DNA of 64,000 nt from Methanobacteriota archaeon (GTDB lineage Archaea > Thermoplasmatota > Thermoplasmata > RBG-16-68-12): positions 3,945-67,944 of the forward strand of contig VBLR01000114.1 in the NCBI GenBank assembly GCA_005878665.1, read 5' to 3'. The notes under the pieces were generated by a model. That model ran no database searches, had not been told where the DNA came from, and was given only the letters and a program-made list of their open reading frames with translations. Positions 8,700-17,914 of the stretch are shown piece by piece. The translations under genes were made by a program, and so were the position numbers. The stretch's first letter is position 1; every line of letters begins with the position of its first letter.

Positions 8700-9709
8700 C
8701 GCAAGTCCCTCGCGACCTTGTCGAGGTACTCATGGAACGCGCTTCGCTTCCGGCCCTCGACCTGTGTGAGGCCGTCGAGGATCGTGCGCACGTCGAGTCC
8801 CATCCGGAGCGCCATTTTCATCACGGTCTCCTGGTGCACCGGCTTGAGCTGGCGGACCGTGACCGCCATGCGGTGCGCCTCGATGAGGGGCCACGGATAT
8901 CCGACCGACACGAGGCTCTTGCCGTACGCGGCGAGTTGTCCGAACGCCTCATCCGGCCGATCCCGAAACGTCCCCAGGTCCACCCGGAACCATTTCCGGG
9001 CGCGTGGATGCAGTCGGGCATAATAGATATCCCCGTAGAGGAGCCCCTCCTTGCTCGCTTCCGCGGCCTTCGGCGCACGCGCGTAGGCGAGCGCATCGTG
9101 CGGCAGGCGACCTTGGCAACGGGCCATCAGCTCTTCGTCCGTGAGGACGTGCCCGAACGCGTGGAGCTGGCTGTCCTTCGAAATGCCGACGAGGAGGTGG
9201 CCGCGCTTCTCGCACACTTGCACGAGTCTCTCCATCACCGAGAACTGCTTCGGGAACTCGGAGAGAGTGCCGTCCACCGCGACGACGCATCCTTCGAGGT
9301 CGTCCGCGAAGTTGATGGCCGTCTGGCCCTCGATGAGTCGGCGGTACTCGTTCACCATGTCCCGCGGCTGCTCTTCCGGTCGCTCCTTCGTGAATTCGAA
9401 GAGGGATCGATGCAACTCGTCCTGGGTCGCGACGAACTCCGCGAACGTGGACACCCCGACCATGCGTTGCACGAGCCGCCAGTCCTTCCGCCGGAAGGCC
9501 TTCCCGTCGAACGCATACCGCAGGAGGCCGACGGAGATCAGGGCGAGCCACCAACTCGACAGATTGAGGAGGAACGAGTAAGAGCCGTCGACCGCAACCA
9601 TGTCCTTCGCGCGGTTCGCGCACGGGAACGTGCGGAGGTCCGGCACATCTTCGGGGGGGAGCGGGACGTCTCGGTGATGCTTCACGAGAAGCTCGAGTTC
9701 CCGGCGCAT
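8696..9709 (-). CDS. nurA: NurA 5'-3' nuclease
   Basis: AVDGS, VDGTL, VGISKDS, GYPWPLIEAH; possible earlier ACG start at 9748. Confidence 0.88.
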   Translation of the reverse strand: MRRELELLVKHHRDVPLPPEDVPDLRTFPCANRAKDMVAVDGSYSFLLNLSSWWLALISVGLLRYAFDGKAFRRKDWRLVQRMVGVSTFAEFVATQDELHRSLFEFTKERPEEQPRDMVNEYRRLIEGQTAINFADDLEGCVVAVDGTLSEFPKQFSVMERLVQVCEKRGHLLVGISKDSQLHAFGHVLTDEELMARCQGRLPHDALAYARAPKAAEASKEGLLYGDIYYARLHPRARKWFRVDLGTFRDRPDEAFGQLAAYGKSLVSVGYPWPLIEAHRMAVTVRQLKPVHQETVMKMALRMGLDVRTILDGLTQVEGRKRSAFHEYLDKVARDLR

Positions 9710-9849
9710 GTCGTCGACGTAGCTTACGCGAGGACGATTCGGGTCCGTTGTGCCTCCTGTGTCATCCCGTCCGACCAGAGGGCAACCCTCAAGCGCCAAA
9801 GAGGGGACGGGACGGCATATAAGGATGTCGAAGACCCCTGCAACACTAC

Positions 9850-10080
9850 GAACGGACTGTGCCGACCAGGAGCTTAGCCGCGCATTCAACCGTCGCGGTG
9901 AAGGCGGCAAGACCGCTCCCATCTCGTCGCAACAAAGGAGGGGTAGGGTGAGATCAAGGCCGGAACGAAAGGAGGTGCCTACCCCAGTCCAAGGAACCGC
10001 AGTGGATGGGTCAACGTTTCCTCCGTAGCTTACGGAGGGTCCGGGGACTCCGGACGGTCACCCGAGTCTACCTGGGCCGG
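9850..10080 (+). ncRNA. Candidate structured non-coding RNA or regulatory element
   Basis: TATA-like CATATAAG at 9816-9823; several stems (9940-47/9978-85, 9918-23/10005-10, 10020-38, 10039-55); two AAAGGAGG repeats. Confidence 0.35.
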
Positions 10081-10091
10081 GAACCGCTTGC

Positions 10092-12497
10092 TTAGGACAA
10101 GACCTCCGCTCTCGACTCCTGAGTCGGCGTCATCGTCACCCGGATCCGGCCGGGGAAACGGTCGGCGATTTCCGCGAGGTGCGTGATCAGGATCACCTTC
10201 TCGAAGACTTCGCCCATCCGAAGGAGTTTCTGGACGAAGAGTTCCCGCGAGATCTCCGTGTCGAGGGAGCCGAGATCGCCTTCGTCGATGAACAACGTCT
10301 TCATGCGGCCGAACGTGCGGCCGATCTGCGGCATCGAGGCGAGTTCCCGCGCAATTGCAAAGCGTAGGGCCGCGTTGATCTGCGTCTTCTCGCCGCCGCT
10401 GAACTCCGCGACGTCGTGCCACCGCCCGTCGACGCCTTGGACGAGGATCCGAATCCCGTGACCCCGGCCCTCCTCGTACGTCTCCAGGCGGATGCGACCA
10501 AATCGACCGTCCGTGAGTTCGGATAGGTTCTTTGAGGCCTCGATCTCCAGTTCCGGCAGAAGCTGATCGACCGCGTACATCACGACGCCGCGCTTGTGGA
10601 AGACGCGGTTCACGAGGACATCGTAGATCTCGAGTTCCCCGCGGAGCGCCTCTCGTTGTCGCTGAGACTCCTTCAGTTTCTTCGCGTCTGCCTCGAGACC
10701 GGCGATCTGTTCTGTGAGCGTCCTGGCCTGTCCCTCGAGGAGGTGCCACGCCTTCCGCTCCGCATCGAGCTCGCCCTGCAAGGTCTCGATCTTCGCCTTT
10801 GCCGCGCCGAATGCCTCTTCCGACGATCGGAGTCCCGCGAGTTCCGCTTCGAGGGACGTGCGTTCGGCCTCGAGCGACTTGCGTTGCACCGCGAAGTCCG
10901 CGAGCCGTGCGCTCACATCCCCAACCTGTCGCAAGAGGATCGTGAGTTCATCGAGCCGCTTCCGCTTCCCGGCCTTCTCCGCGACCGATTCGCCCACGAG
11001 GACCAGCCGTTTCCCGTCCAGCTCCGTGAAAGGAACGGCGTCGAGCTGTCGCAACGCCTCGATCTTCGCGTCGTCGAGAGGCTGGAGGAGCCGATGGCTC
11101 TCGTCCGCCTCCCGTCGGAGATCGTCTTTCAGTTGCTCGAGCTGCCTCTTGTACTCCGTGAGGACGAACGAGTCCGCATCGATCGAGGCGACCTTCTCGT
11201 GGACTCGGGAGAGGGCTTTCTCCGCGCGCGCCTGTTCCTCGCTCAGTTCCCGGACCAGGTCGGCACGGTCCGCGAGCCATTCCAGTTCGCGCGCGATTCG
11301 CGTCACACGCTCTTCCAGCCGCCCCTCGTCACGGAGCGAGCTGAACGCGGTCTCCCGGTCGATGTCGGTCCGGAGCGAGGCGATCTTGCGATGCAACTCG
11401 TCGATCCGATTCTTCGTCTCGTCGCGTCGCTTCTCGTGCTCGTGCTTCGCGAGGTCGAACTCCCGCCCCGCCGCGCGGGCGGCGGTCTCGCGCTGCTCGT
11501 GGGCCGCCTTCGTTTCTTTCAGGCGATCGAGTTCCTCCCGGAGGCGGTCGAGGTCTCCGATCTCGTTCTCGAGGGCGGCTCGTTCCGGTTCGAGTTTCGC
11601 GGCGATCTGGCCTTGGTCTCGGACTTCGGCCTCGCGGGCCCCCAGGGCTTTCAGGCGCAGCGACCGATCCTCGAGCGCGGCCGACGACCGCACCCACCGT
11701 TCGTGCTTCGCCTCGAGGTCCTGCATCTCCTTGGAGCCGGCCTCAAGGGCGGCCTGGAGTTGCGCGACGCGCGCCCCCCGCTGTTTGCGTTCTTCATCCA
11801 AACCTCCGAGTTGCTGTCGCAATGCCGGGAGACGACCGAGCGCTTCCTCCCGCGCGGCGATTTCGGCCTCCTTCGCCTGGATGTCCCCCTTCACGGATGT
11901 GAAGCGTTCTTTCGCCCGCTCGAGGGCCTGTTCGAAGATCTCGAGACGGAAGAGTTTCTGAAACACCGCGAGGCGTTGCGCCCCGCCCGCGGCACCCAGT
12001 TCCTTCATCTCCTCTTGACGGACGAAGGTGGAGTTTCGGAATCCGTCGTAGTCGAGGCCGACCACATCGCGGATCGTCCGCTCTTTGTCCGGGATCGTCC
12101 CCTGCACCGCTTCTCCGTCCCGCGTGACCTCGAGGTACGATTCCTTCTTGGTCGTGAAGCCGCGGGTGACTTCCCACCGCTCGTCCCCTTGGCGGAAAGC
12201 CACCCGCACATACCCGTTCGGCCGGCACACATCCGCGAGTTTCACGCTCTGGATGTCCGTCCGAGTCGTCTTGCCGTACAGGGCGAACGTGATGGCGTCC
12301 AGGATCGAGGATTTCCCGGCACCGGTCCGGCCCGTAATCACCGTGTATTTCTCGGGAAATCGGAGCGGCGGGACCGTCTTCTCGAGGTAGCGCATGAACC
12401 CGCGCATCTCGATCTCCTCGAGGACGAATCCCTCCGCACTTGGCGTGGGCTCCAGGTTCGAGACCGCGGCGACCTCGACCTCTGCCTCGTCCCTCAC
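10092..12497 (-). CDS. rad50: Rad50/SbcC SMC-like ATPase (no CxxC hook)
   Basis: Walker A GRTGAGKS, Q-loop FVRQ, long coiled coil, signature FSGGEK, Walker B/D-loop FIDEGDLGSLD, H-loop ITH. Confidence 0.92.
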   Translation of the reverse strand: MRDEAEVEVAAVSNLEPTPSAEGFVLEEIEMRGFMRYLEKTVPPLRFPEKYTVITGRTGAGKSSILDAITFALYGKTTRTDIQSVKLADVCRPNGYVRVAFRQGDERWEVTRGFTTKKESYLEVTRDGEAVQGTIPDKERTIRDVVGLDYDGFRNSTFVRQEEMKELGAAGGAQRLAVFQKLFRLEIFEQALERAKERFTSVKGDIQAKEAEIAAREEALGRLPALRQQLGGLDEERKQRGARVAQLQAALEAGSKEMQDLEAKHERWVRSSAALEDRSLRLKALGAREAEVRDQGQIAAKLEPERAALENEIGDLDRLREELDRLKETKAAHEQRETAARAAGREFDLAKHEHEKRRDETKNRIDELHRKIASLRTDIDRETAFSSLRDEGRLEERVTRIARELEWLADRADLVRELSEEQARAEKALSRVHEKVASIDADSFVLTEYKRQLEQLKDDLRREADESHRLLQPLDDAKIEALRQLDAVPFTELDGKRLVLVGESVAEKAGKRKRLDELTILLRQVGDVSARLADFAVQRKSLEAERTSLEAELAGLRSSEEAFGAAKAKIETLQGELDAERKAWHLLEGQARTLTEQIAGLEADAKKLKESQRQREALRGELEIYDVLVNRVFHKRGVVMYAVDQLLPELEIEASKNLSELTDGRFGRIRLETYEEGRGHGIRILVQGVDGRWHDVAEFSGGEKTQINAALRFAIARELASMPQIGRTFGRMKTLFIDEGDLGSLDTEISRELFVQKLLRMGEVFEKVILITHLAEIADRFPGRIRVTMTPTQESRAEVLS

Positions 12498-13684
12498 GAG
12501 AGGGCCTCCTTGAGCACCCGACGGGCCTCGACCTTGATCGCCTCCCGTTTCGGGTGGTCGGCGAGGACCTTGTCGACGTAGTCGGTTAGGAGGCGACTGG
12601 GATCCAAGGTGAATTCCTCCGTCACGACGCGCGGCCGACTAGCGGAGACGAACTTGACCTCATAGTGGAACGCGTCTCGGAGGCGATCCGCGAGTCGCTT
12701 CTCGTCGAGGCGGTTCCGCAGTTCGTCCGGAAGGGTGGCCTCGATTCGAACCAGGTGGCCCGTGACCTCCGCCGGGATTGCGGCGAGGACCTTCTCCGTC
12801 ACGTCGTCGCCCATTCCGATGACGGCCTCGACCTTGTCCATCGGACGCGCCGGTAGCTCGACGAAGGACCAACCGCCGTCCGGGCGGATCGCCAAGAATC
12901 CTTTCGGATCCAGACGTTCGCCCCAATCGATCCGCTCCGGCGCGCCGGCGTACACAATCTTCCCGCCGACGGTTTGATGCATATGAATGTGTCCGAACAC
13001 GACGAGGTCGACGGCATCCGGAATCATGTCCGGCGTAAACGTGAAGTCGTTCGGGACGACCTCAGGCGGCGCGGTGCTCGCGTAGCGCACGCCCTGAAAC
13101 TCGAAATGCCCGAAGAGGATGCGAAGGTCTGCGTCCTTCAGGTCCGCCGCCCGGTTGCGGATCCACTCTTGCCAGGTGCGCCGCGCTGCCTCGTACGCCA
13201 GCTCGCGCGGGACGTCCTTCCCAAGGGTCTCCCGCACCTGTTCGACGACTTGCTCCGGGTGCATGTAGGGAATGAGGATGAAGCCGATCTTCCGGCCGTC
13301 GAATTCGCGGATTTCCATCTTCGGATTGCGGAACACCTTCACGTGCGAGTACCCGCGATAGTCGTCCAGGGACGTGGACCGAACGGCGCGCCTCGGCTGA
13401 TCATGGTTCCCCGCGAGGATCCACACCTCGATGCCCGCCGCGCCCAGAGGCTCGATGACGTCCCTCCGGACCATCTCCCGGAACACGGGGGCCACGTGGG
13501 CGCGGTCGAACAGGTCGCCGAGGATGCAGAACAGGGCGGCGCGATGCTCGATCGCCCAGCGAGCGGCCTTCGCGAAGTTCCCATGGAGGTCGAGCGCGCG
13601 TTCTGAGATGCCCGTTTCCGGATCGATCCGGAAGTCGAAGCTCAGACCTTCGTGGACATCGCCCACGCAGACGATTTCGTGCAT
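12494..13684 (-). CDS. mre11: Mre11/SbcD nuclease
   Basis: Phosphoesterase motifs DVHEG, GDLFD, GNHD, GHIH; GTGA-coupled to rad50. Confidence 0.92.
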   Translation of the reverse strand: MHEIVCVGDVHEGLSFDFRIDPETGISERALDLHGNFAKAARWAIEHRAALFCILGDLFDRAHVAPVFREMVRRDVIEPLGAAGIEVWILAGNHDQPRRAVRSTSLDDYRGYSHVKVFRNPKMEIREFDGRKIGFILIPYMHPEQVVEQVRETLGKDVPRELAYEAARRTWQEWIRNRAADLKDADLRILFGHFEFQGVRYASTAPPEVVPNDFTFTPDMIPDAVDLVVFGHIHMHQTVGGKIVYAGAPERIDWGERLDPKGFLAIRPDGGWSFVELPARPMDKVEAVIGMGDDVTEKVLAAIPAEVTGHLVRIEATLPDELRNRLDEKRLADRLRDAFHYEVKFVSASRPRVVTEEFTLDPSRLLTDYVDKVLADHPKREAIKVEARRVLKEALS

Positions 13685-13712
13685 CCGGGCGTGCGCAAGG
13701 CCGCCTTGCTAC

Positions 13713-13743
13713 TTATAATGTCTACGAGACGGTCAGCGAAAGT
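13713..13743 (-). promoter_or_regulatory. mre11 promoter: ACTTTCGCTGACC variant element plus TATA TTATAA
   Basis: 11/13 match to ACTTTCACCGACC; TATA about 29 nt above the ATG. Confidence 0.45.
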
Positions 13744-13766
13744 ATCGAACCAATGCGACTCGAGCC

Positions 13767-14987
13767 CTAGGGAATTCGCCGCCGCCTCCCGCCCGGGAAC
13801 GGGGCATCGGCGCGGACGAGTTGTTTCTCCTCGAACCGCGAGGCGCGGAGCGGCACAAGCGGCTCGGGCCTCTTTTCCGTGGCCACGTACTCGGCAAGCA
13901 GGCGTCCGATCTCCGGACAGAGCTTGAATCCGTGCCCACTGAAGCCGACAGCGACGAAGAGGCCATCGGGGCCGATTCGGTCCACGATCGGATACGAATC
14001 GGGCGTCACGTCGTACGCGCCGGACCATCCCCCTCTCGGTTGCGCATCCATCATCCGAGGAAATCGCTTCGAGAGTCGGGTTCGCAAATCGCGGACCGTG
14101 GCGGCGGGGAGCGACTCGGCGAACTCGTGTCTCGGCGTCGTCTTCCCCGGGTCTGTGTTCATGTAGCCGGTCAAGGTGTCCTTCTCCCCCTCCGGCCTCG
14201 AGTACGTGTTTCCGTAGAAATCGAAGTGGATCCGCGGTGGCGCCCCGAAGTCGACGGGTCGACGCAGGATCGTGACTTCACCGCGGACGTACCGCACGGG
14301 CAACCGAACCCTGACGGTCGCGGCAAGGTCTCGCGTCCAGTTCCCCGCGGCGATGATCACACGTTCCGCGGACAAGAGTCCGGCTCCGCGGATCTTGACG
14401 CCCACGACCTGGCGGGCACGCGTCGCGATGGACGACACGGCGTGAGCGTGAAGGACCTTGGCTCCTTCCATGGTGGCCGCGTCGGCAAAGCCGTGCGCGG
14501 TGGCGATCGGGTCCGCGTATCCCGCGTCCGGATCGTGGACGAGGGCGGCGTAATCGGACACCTCCAGTTGCGGCTCCATCGTCCTCGCGTCCGACGGGGT
14601 GAGCCGTTCGGCCCGAACCCCCTCCGAGCGGAGCAACTCGATCAACGCCTCGAATGCCGGGAGATCCCGTTCCCGAGTGCCGGAGAGGAAGCCCGTCGTC
14701 CGGAAGTCGCAGGAGAATCCGGTCTCCTCCTTGAATCGCCGGAAGAACGCGAGGCTCTCCTTCGCGAGTCGGATGCCGATTCGTGCCTCGTAGTGTTGAC
14801 GGACGAGGGCACCGCTGTGGCCCGTGGCCCCGGCGGCGACGTGACTCTTCTCGAGCAAGACGACCCCGAGGCCTCGCCGCGCGAGATGCCACGCGGTGCT
14901 TGTCCCCATGCAGCCACCACCGACGACGACCACGTCGGCCGTGTCCGGGAGCCGGGCTGACCCCACGGGGTCCCGCATCGAATGCAT
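13767..14987 (-). CDS. FAD-dependent oxidoreductase (DadA/sarcosine oxidase beta family)
   Basis: VVVGGGCMG dinucleotide motif, GATGHSGA, YDVTPDSYP, GFSGHGFK. Confidence 0.9.
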   Translation of the reverse strand: MHSMRDPVGSARLPDTADVVVVGGGCMGTSTAWHLARRGLGVVLLEKSHVAAGATGHSGALVRQHYEARIGIRLAKESLAFFRRFKEETGFSCDFRTTGFLSGTRERDLPAFEALIELLRSEGVRAERLTPSDARTMEPQLEVSDYAALVHDPDAGYADPIATAHGFADAATMEGAKVLHAHAVSSIATRARQVVGVKIRGAGLLSAERVIIAAGNWTRDLAATVRVRLPVRYVRGEVTILRRPVDFGAPPRIHFDFYGNTYSRPEGEKDTLTGYMNTDPGKTTPRHEFAESLPAATVRDLRTRLSKRFPRMMDAQPRGGWSGAYDVTPDSYPIVDRIGPDGLFVAVGFSGHGFKLCPEIGRLLAEYVATEKRPEPLVPLRASRFEEKQLVRADAPFPGGRRRRIP

Positions 14988-15090
14988 CCTTATCGTGCTT
15001 TCCTTCGCCGCATTTCTATTCTCATTACAGTATAGATATCAAACCGCGAATGACAATCCTTTATCTCCGGGGACTTCCGATGGCGCACGC

Positions 15091-16002
15091 GTGCCGGACA
15101 CGTGGAGGCTCGGTGTCGGGGAAGAACGGGCCCGGGTCGCCATCGTGGGCTGCGGAGGGGCCGGATGCAACGTCCTGCGCCGCGTCGCCGCGCCGCCCAA
15201 CGCGACCCGCATCGCCGTGAACGACACCGTCCATCCGTCCATGGCGGAGGTCTCGACCCGCGTCCTCGTCGCCGCCGGATCGCTGCAGGCCTACGCCTCG
15301 ATGGACGAGAAGGCCGTGCCGAACATGGAGACGGATGAGGAGAAGCAGATCTCCGCTTCGCTTCTCGATCGGGACATCGTCGTGATGCTCGGCGGCCTGG
15401 GCGGTGAACTCGGCGGGTGGGGGATGAGCCTCGTCGGCCGGGTCGCTAGGATCTTGGGCGATGCGAGCGTTGCGTTCGCCACGGTGCCCTTCACAATCGA
15501 AGGTCCGATTCGGCGGCAGCTCGCAGAAGCGCAGCTCCGACTCCTCCAGAAACGCGCGGACGGCGTCGTGACGTTCAGCAACGATCGGCTCCTCCAGTTT
15601 GCCAGGGACCTCCCGCTGACGAAAGCCTTCGCGGCCTTGGGGGCGATCATGGCCCGACCCGCCGCTGAGTTGGGCGCGGTCCTCACTCGCTCGGACGTGG
15701 TGCCGCTGCGGCGGACGCTCGCCGGCGTGAGGGAATGGCGATTCGGGATGGGCGCGGGTCGGGAGAAGCACCGATGTTTCGTCGCGGTCGAAGAGGCGTA
15801 CTCGTCCCCGTGGTTCACGTCGCTCCCGGAAGAGATCAGCCACGCGATCGTGCTGATGTCCGTCCCCGAACCGGACAAAGACGAGATTGAAATTCTTCAG
15901 GAGATTCGCCGGAGGTCCCCGCATGCCGTGATTGCGTGGGCGAGCCTGCCTTCGGTCGCTACCGACGACCGTACCATCGTGCAAGTTCTCGCAGGCATTT
16001 GA
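15091..16002 (+). CDS. Divergent FtsZ/tubulin-family protein with degenerate GTPase loops
   Basis: VGCGGAGCN, IAVND, GGLGGELGG at the T4 position, TVPFTIEG..R, NDRLL. Confidence 0.75.
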   Translation: MPDTWRLGVGEERARVAIVGCGGAGCNVLRRVAAPPNATRIAVNDTVHPSMAEVSTRVLVAAGSLQAYASMDEKAVPNMETDEEKQISASLLDRDIVVMLGGLGGELGGWGMSLVGRVARILGDASVAFATVPFTIEGPIRRQLAEAQLRLLQKRADGVVTFSNDRLLQFARDLPLTKAFAALGAIMARPAAELGAVLTRSDVVPLRRTLAGVREWRFGMGAGREKHRCFVAVEEAYSSPWFTSLPEEISHAIVLMSVPEPDKDEIEILQEIRRRSPHAVIAWASLPSVATDDRTIVQVLAGI

Positions 16003-16090
16003 CCGGAGCCGATTTTCGTACGCCGCCGAGCGCAGGCTTGAAATACGTCCTCCGCATCAGGTCCGTGCTACGGACTCGCACGGGTGGCCT

Positions 16091-16876
16091 ATGTCTTCAA
16101 TCGGCAAGGAAATCCGGCTGCGACGAATCCTGCGAGGCGGCAGGACGCTGATCGTCGCGATGGACCACGGTGTCTCGTCCGGCCCCGCCGCCGGCCTCGA
16201 AGACATCCGCAGGGCCGTGGCGAATGTCGCGAAAGGCGGGGCCACCGCGGTCGTGCTTCACAAAGGGGTTGTGCGATTCGCGAAGGACTACTTCGACGAA
16301 GGGTTGTGCCTCGTCCTGCACCTGAGCGCGTCGGCGGCAATCAGCACGCACGTCGATCGAAAAGTCCTCGTCACACAGGTCGACGAAGCGATCTCATACG
16401 GCGCCGACGCGATCAGCGTCCATGTGAACCTCGGTGGTGAGGACGACGACCGAATGATCGAAGACCTCGGGACGACCGCGACGGCGTGCGATCGATTCGG
16501 CTTCCCACTCCTCGCAATGATGTATCCCCGGGGCCCGAAGATCAAGAATCCGTACGATGTCGACGTCGTGAAGCATGTGGCGCGCGTCGGCGCGGAGCTG
16601 GGCGCGGATATCGTGAAGACGCTCTACACCGGCGCGCCGGAGACGTTCAAGGAGGTCGTCCGGGGCTGTCCCGTTCCCGTCGTCGTCGCAGGCGGTCCGA
16701 AGCTGGACTCGGATCGCGCGGCCTTCGAGATGGTCGAAGGAGCCCTCTCCGGCGGGGCGGTCGGCGTCTCGATGGGCCGAAACATCTTCCAGGCCAAGGA
16801 CCCGATTGGCATGACGCGGGCGATCGCCCGCATGATTTTCGACGGCGCTTCGGTCGACGAAGTCTATCGTGGGTGA
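16091..16876 (+). CDS. 2-amino-3,7-dideoxy-D-threo-hept-6-ulosonate synthase (class I aldolase, AroA')
   Basis: AMDHG, HKG, HLSAS, MMYPRG, ADIVKT with the Schiff-base Lys, AGGPK, GRNIFQ; coupled to DHQ synthase II. Confidence 0.9.
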   Translation: MSSIGKEIRLRRILRGGRTLIVAMDHGVSSGPAAGLEDIRRAVANVAKGGATAVVLHKGVVRFAKDYFDEGLCLVLHLSASAAISTHVDRKVLVTQVDEAISYGADAISVHVNLGGEDDDRMIEDLGTTATACDRFGFPLLAMMYPRGPKIKNPYDVDVVKHVARVGAELGADIVKTLYTGAPETFKEVVRGCPVPVVVAGGPKLDSDRAAFEMVEGALSGGAVGVSMGRNIFQAKDPIGMTRAIARMIFDGASVDEVYRG

Positions 16877-17913
16877 GGCCCCTGGACCGCCTGGTGTGGG
16901 TGGGGGCCTTTCCCCACGAGGACAACGAGGACGTTCGGTCCATCGTCTCGGTTGCGCTCGAGGCCGGCTTCGACGAAATCGTCCTCGCGAAACAGGACGA
17001 GTCGCTTCGGGCACTCGGGCGGTTCTCTCCGATCTTCCTGAAGGACAACATCTTCCTCTTCGACGACGCGGAAATCGGCCGGCTCGCGACGATTCGGTCG
17101 GCGAAGGACGAGATCTCTGTCCGCGGGCTGAAGGGCGTGACGAATCACGTCGTCGTCCGGACGGAGGATTGGAAAATCATCCCCCTCGAGAACCTCATTG
17201 CGCACTTCCAGGGGAGCGAGACGCGGCTCCTCGTCGAGGTCCGTGACGCCGCCGAGGCGAAGCTGGTCTTCGAGGCGATGGAGGTCGGGGTCCACGGCAT
17301 CCTCCTCGTCCCCTCTTCTCCCAACGAGATCCGGGCGGTCCGCGGACTCCTCGAAGCCGTGCGGGAAGACGTGTCCCTCGTGCGAGCGGCCGTCACGTCG
17401 ATTCGACCGATCGGGCTCGGCGACCGCGTGTGCGTCGACACGTGTTCTCTCTTGCGGGACGGAGAGGGGATGCTCGTCGGGAACAGCTCTTCGGGCCTGT
17501 TCCTCGTCCACGCCGAGACGGCCGAGACGGGCTACGTGGCCGCCCGACCGTTCCGGGTGAACGCGGGGGCCGTCCACGCATACATCTACCTCCCGGGCGG
17601 CAAGACGCAGTACCTGAGCGAACTCCGTGCCGGGGACGAGGTCCTCGCGGTGGACTCCCAGGGCCGGGCACGCGCCGTGATTGTGGGCCGCGTCAAGGTT
17701 GAACGACGGCCGCTCCTGCTCCTCGAGGCGGAGGCGGACGGCCGGCGCCATACCACGATCGTCCAGAACGCGGAGACGATTCGGTTTGTGACGCCGGAGG
17801 GAGGCTCGCTTGCCGTCGGCCAGGTGAAACCCGGGGACGAAGTGCTCCTGCGGCTCGAGGAAGGCGGCCGCCACTTCGGGATGCGGATACGCGAGACGAT
17901 TGCGGAGCGATAA
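16873..17913 (+). CDS. 3-dehydroquinate synthase II (AroB')
   Basis: DWKIIPLENLIA, GDRVCVDTCS, RPFRVNAGAVHAY, QNAETIR, RHFG. Confidence 0.93.
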   Translation: MRPLDRLVWVGAFPHEDNEDVRSIVSVALEAGFDEIVLAKQDESLRALGRFSPIFLKDNIFLFDDAEIGRLATIRSAKDEISVRGLKGVTNHVVVRTEDWKIIPLENLIAHFQGSETRLLVEVRDAAEAKLVFEAMEVGVHGILLVPSSPNEIRAVRGLLEAVREDVSLVRAAVTSIRPIGLGDRVCVDTCSLLRDGEGMLVGNSSSGLFLVHAETAETGYVAARPFRVNAGAVHAYIYLPGGKTQYLSELRAGDEVLAVDSQGRARAVIVGRVKVERRPLLLLEAEADGRRHTTIVQNAETIRFVTPEGGSLAVGQVKPGDEVLLRLEEGGRHFGMRIRETIAER

Positions 17914-17914
17914 G

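Noticed and set aside
9750..10028. 92-aa (or 67-aa from ATG 9825) ORF in the rad50-nurA spacer
   Set aside because: Many A/T third positions unlike neighbouring genes, no motif, and the ATG sits immediately after the TATA-like box; RNA structure explains the region better
9850..10080. SRP RNA, RNase P RNA, group II intron domain V or IS200/IS605 end
   Set aside because: No SRP helix-8 motif, no GAGGAAAGTCC or ACAGAA conserved regions, no domain V consensus and no transposase nearby
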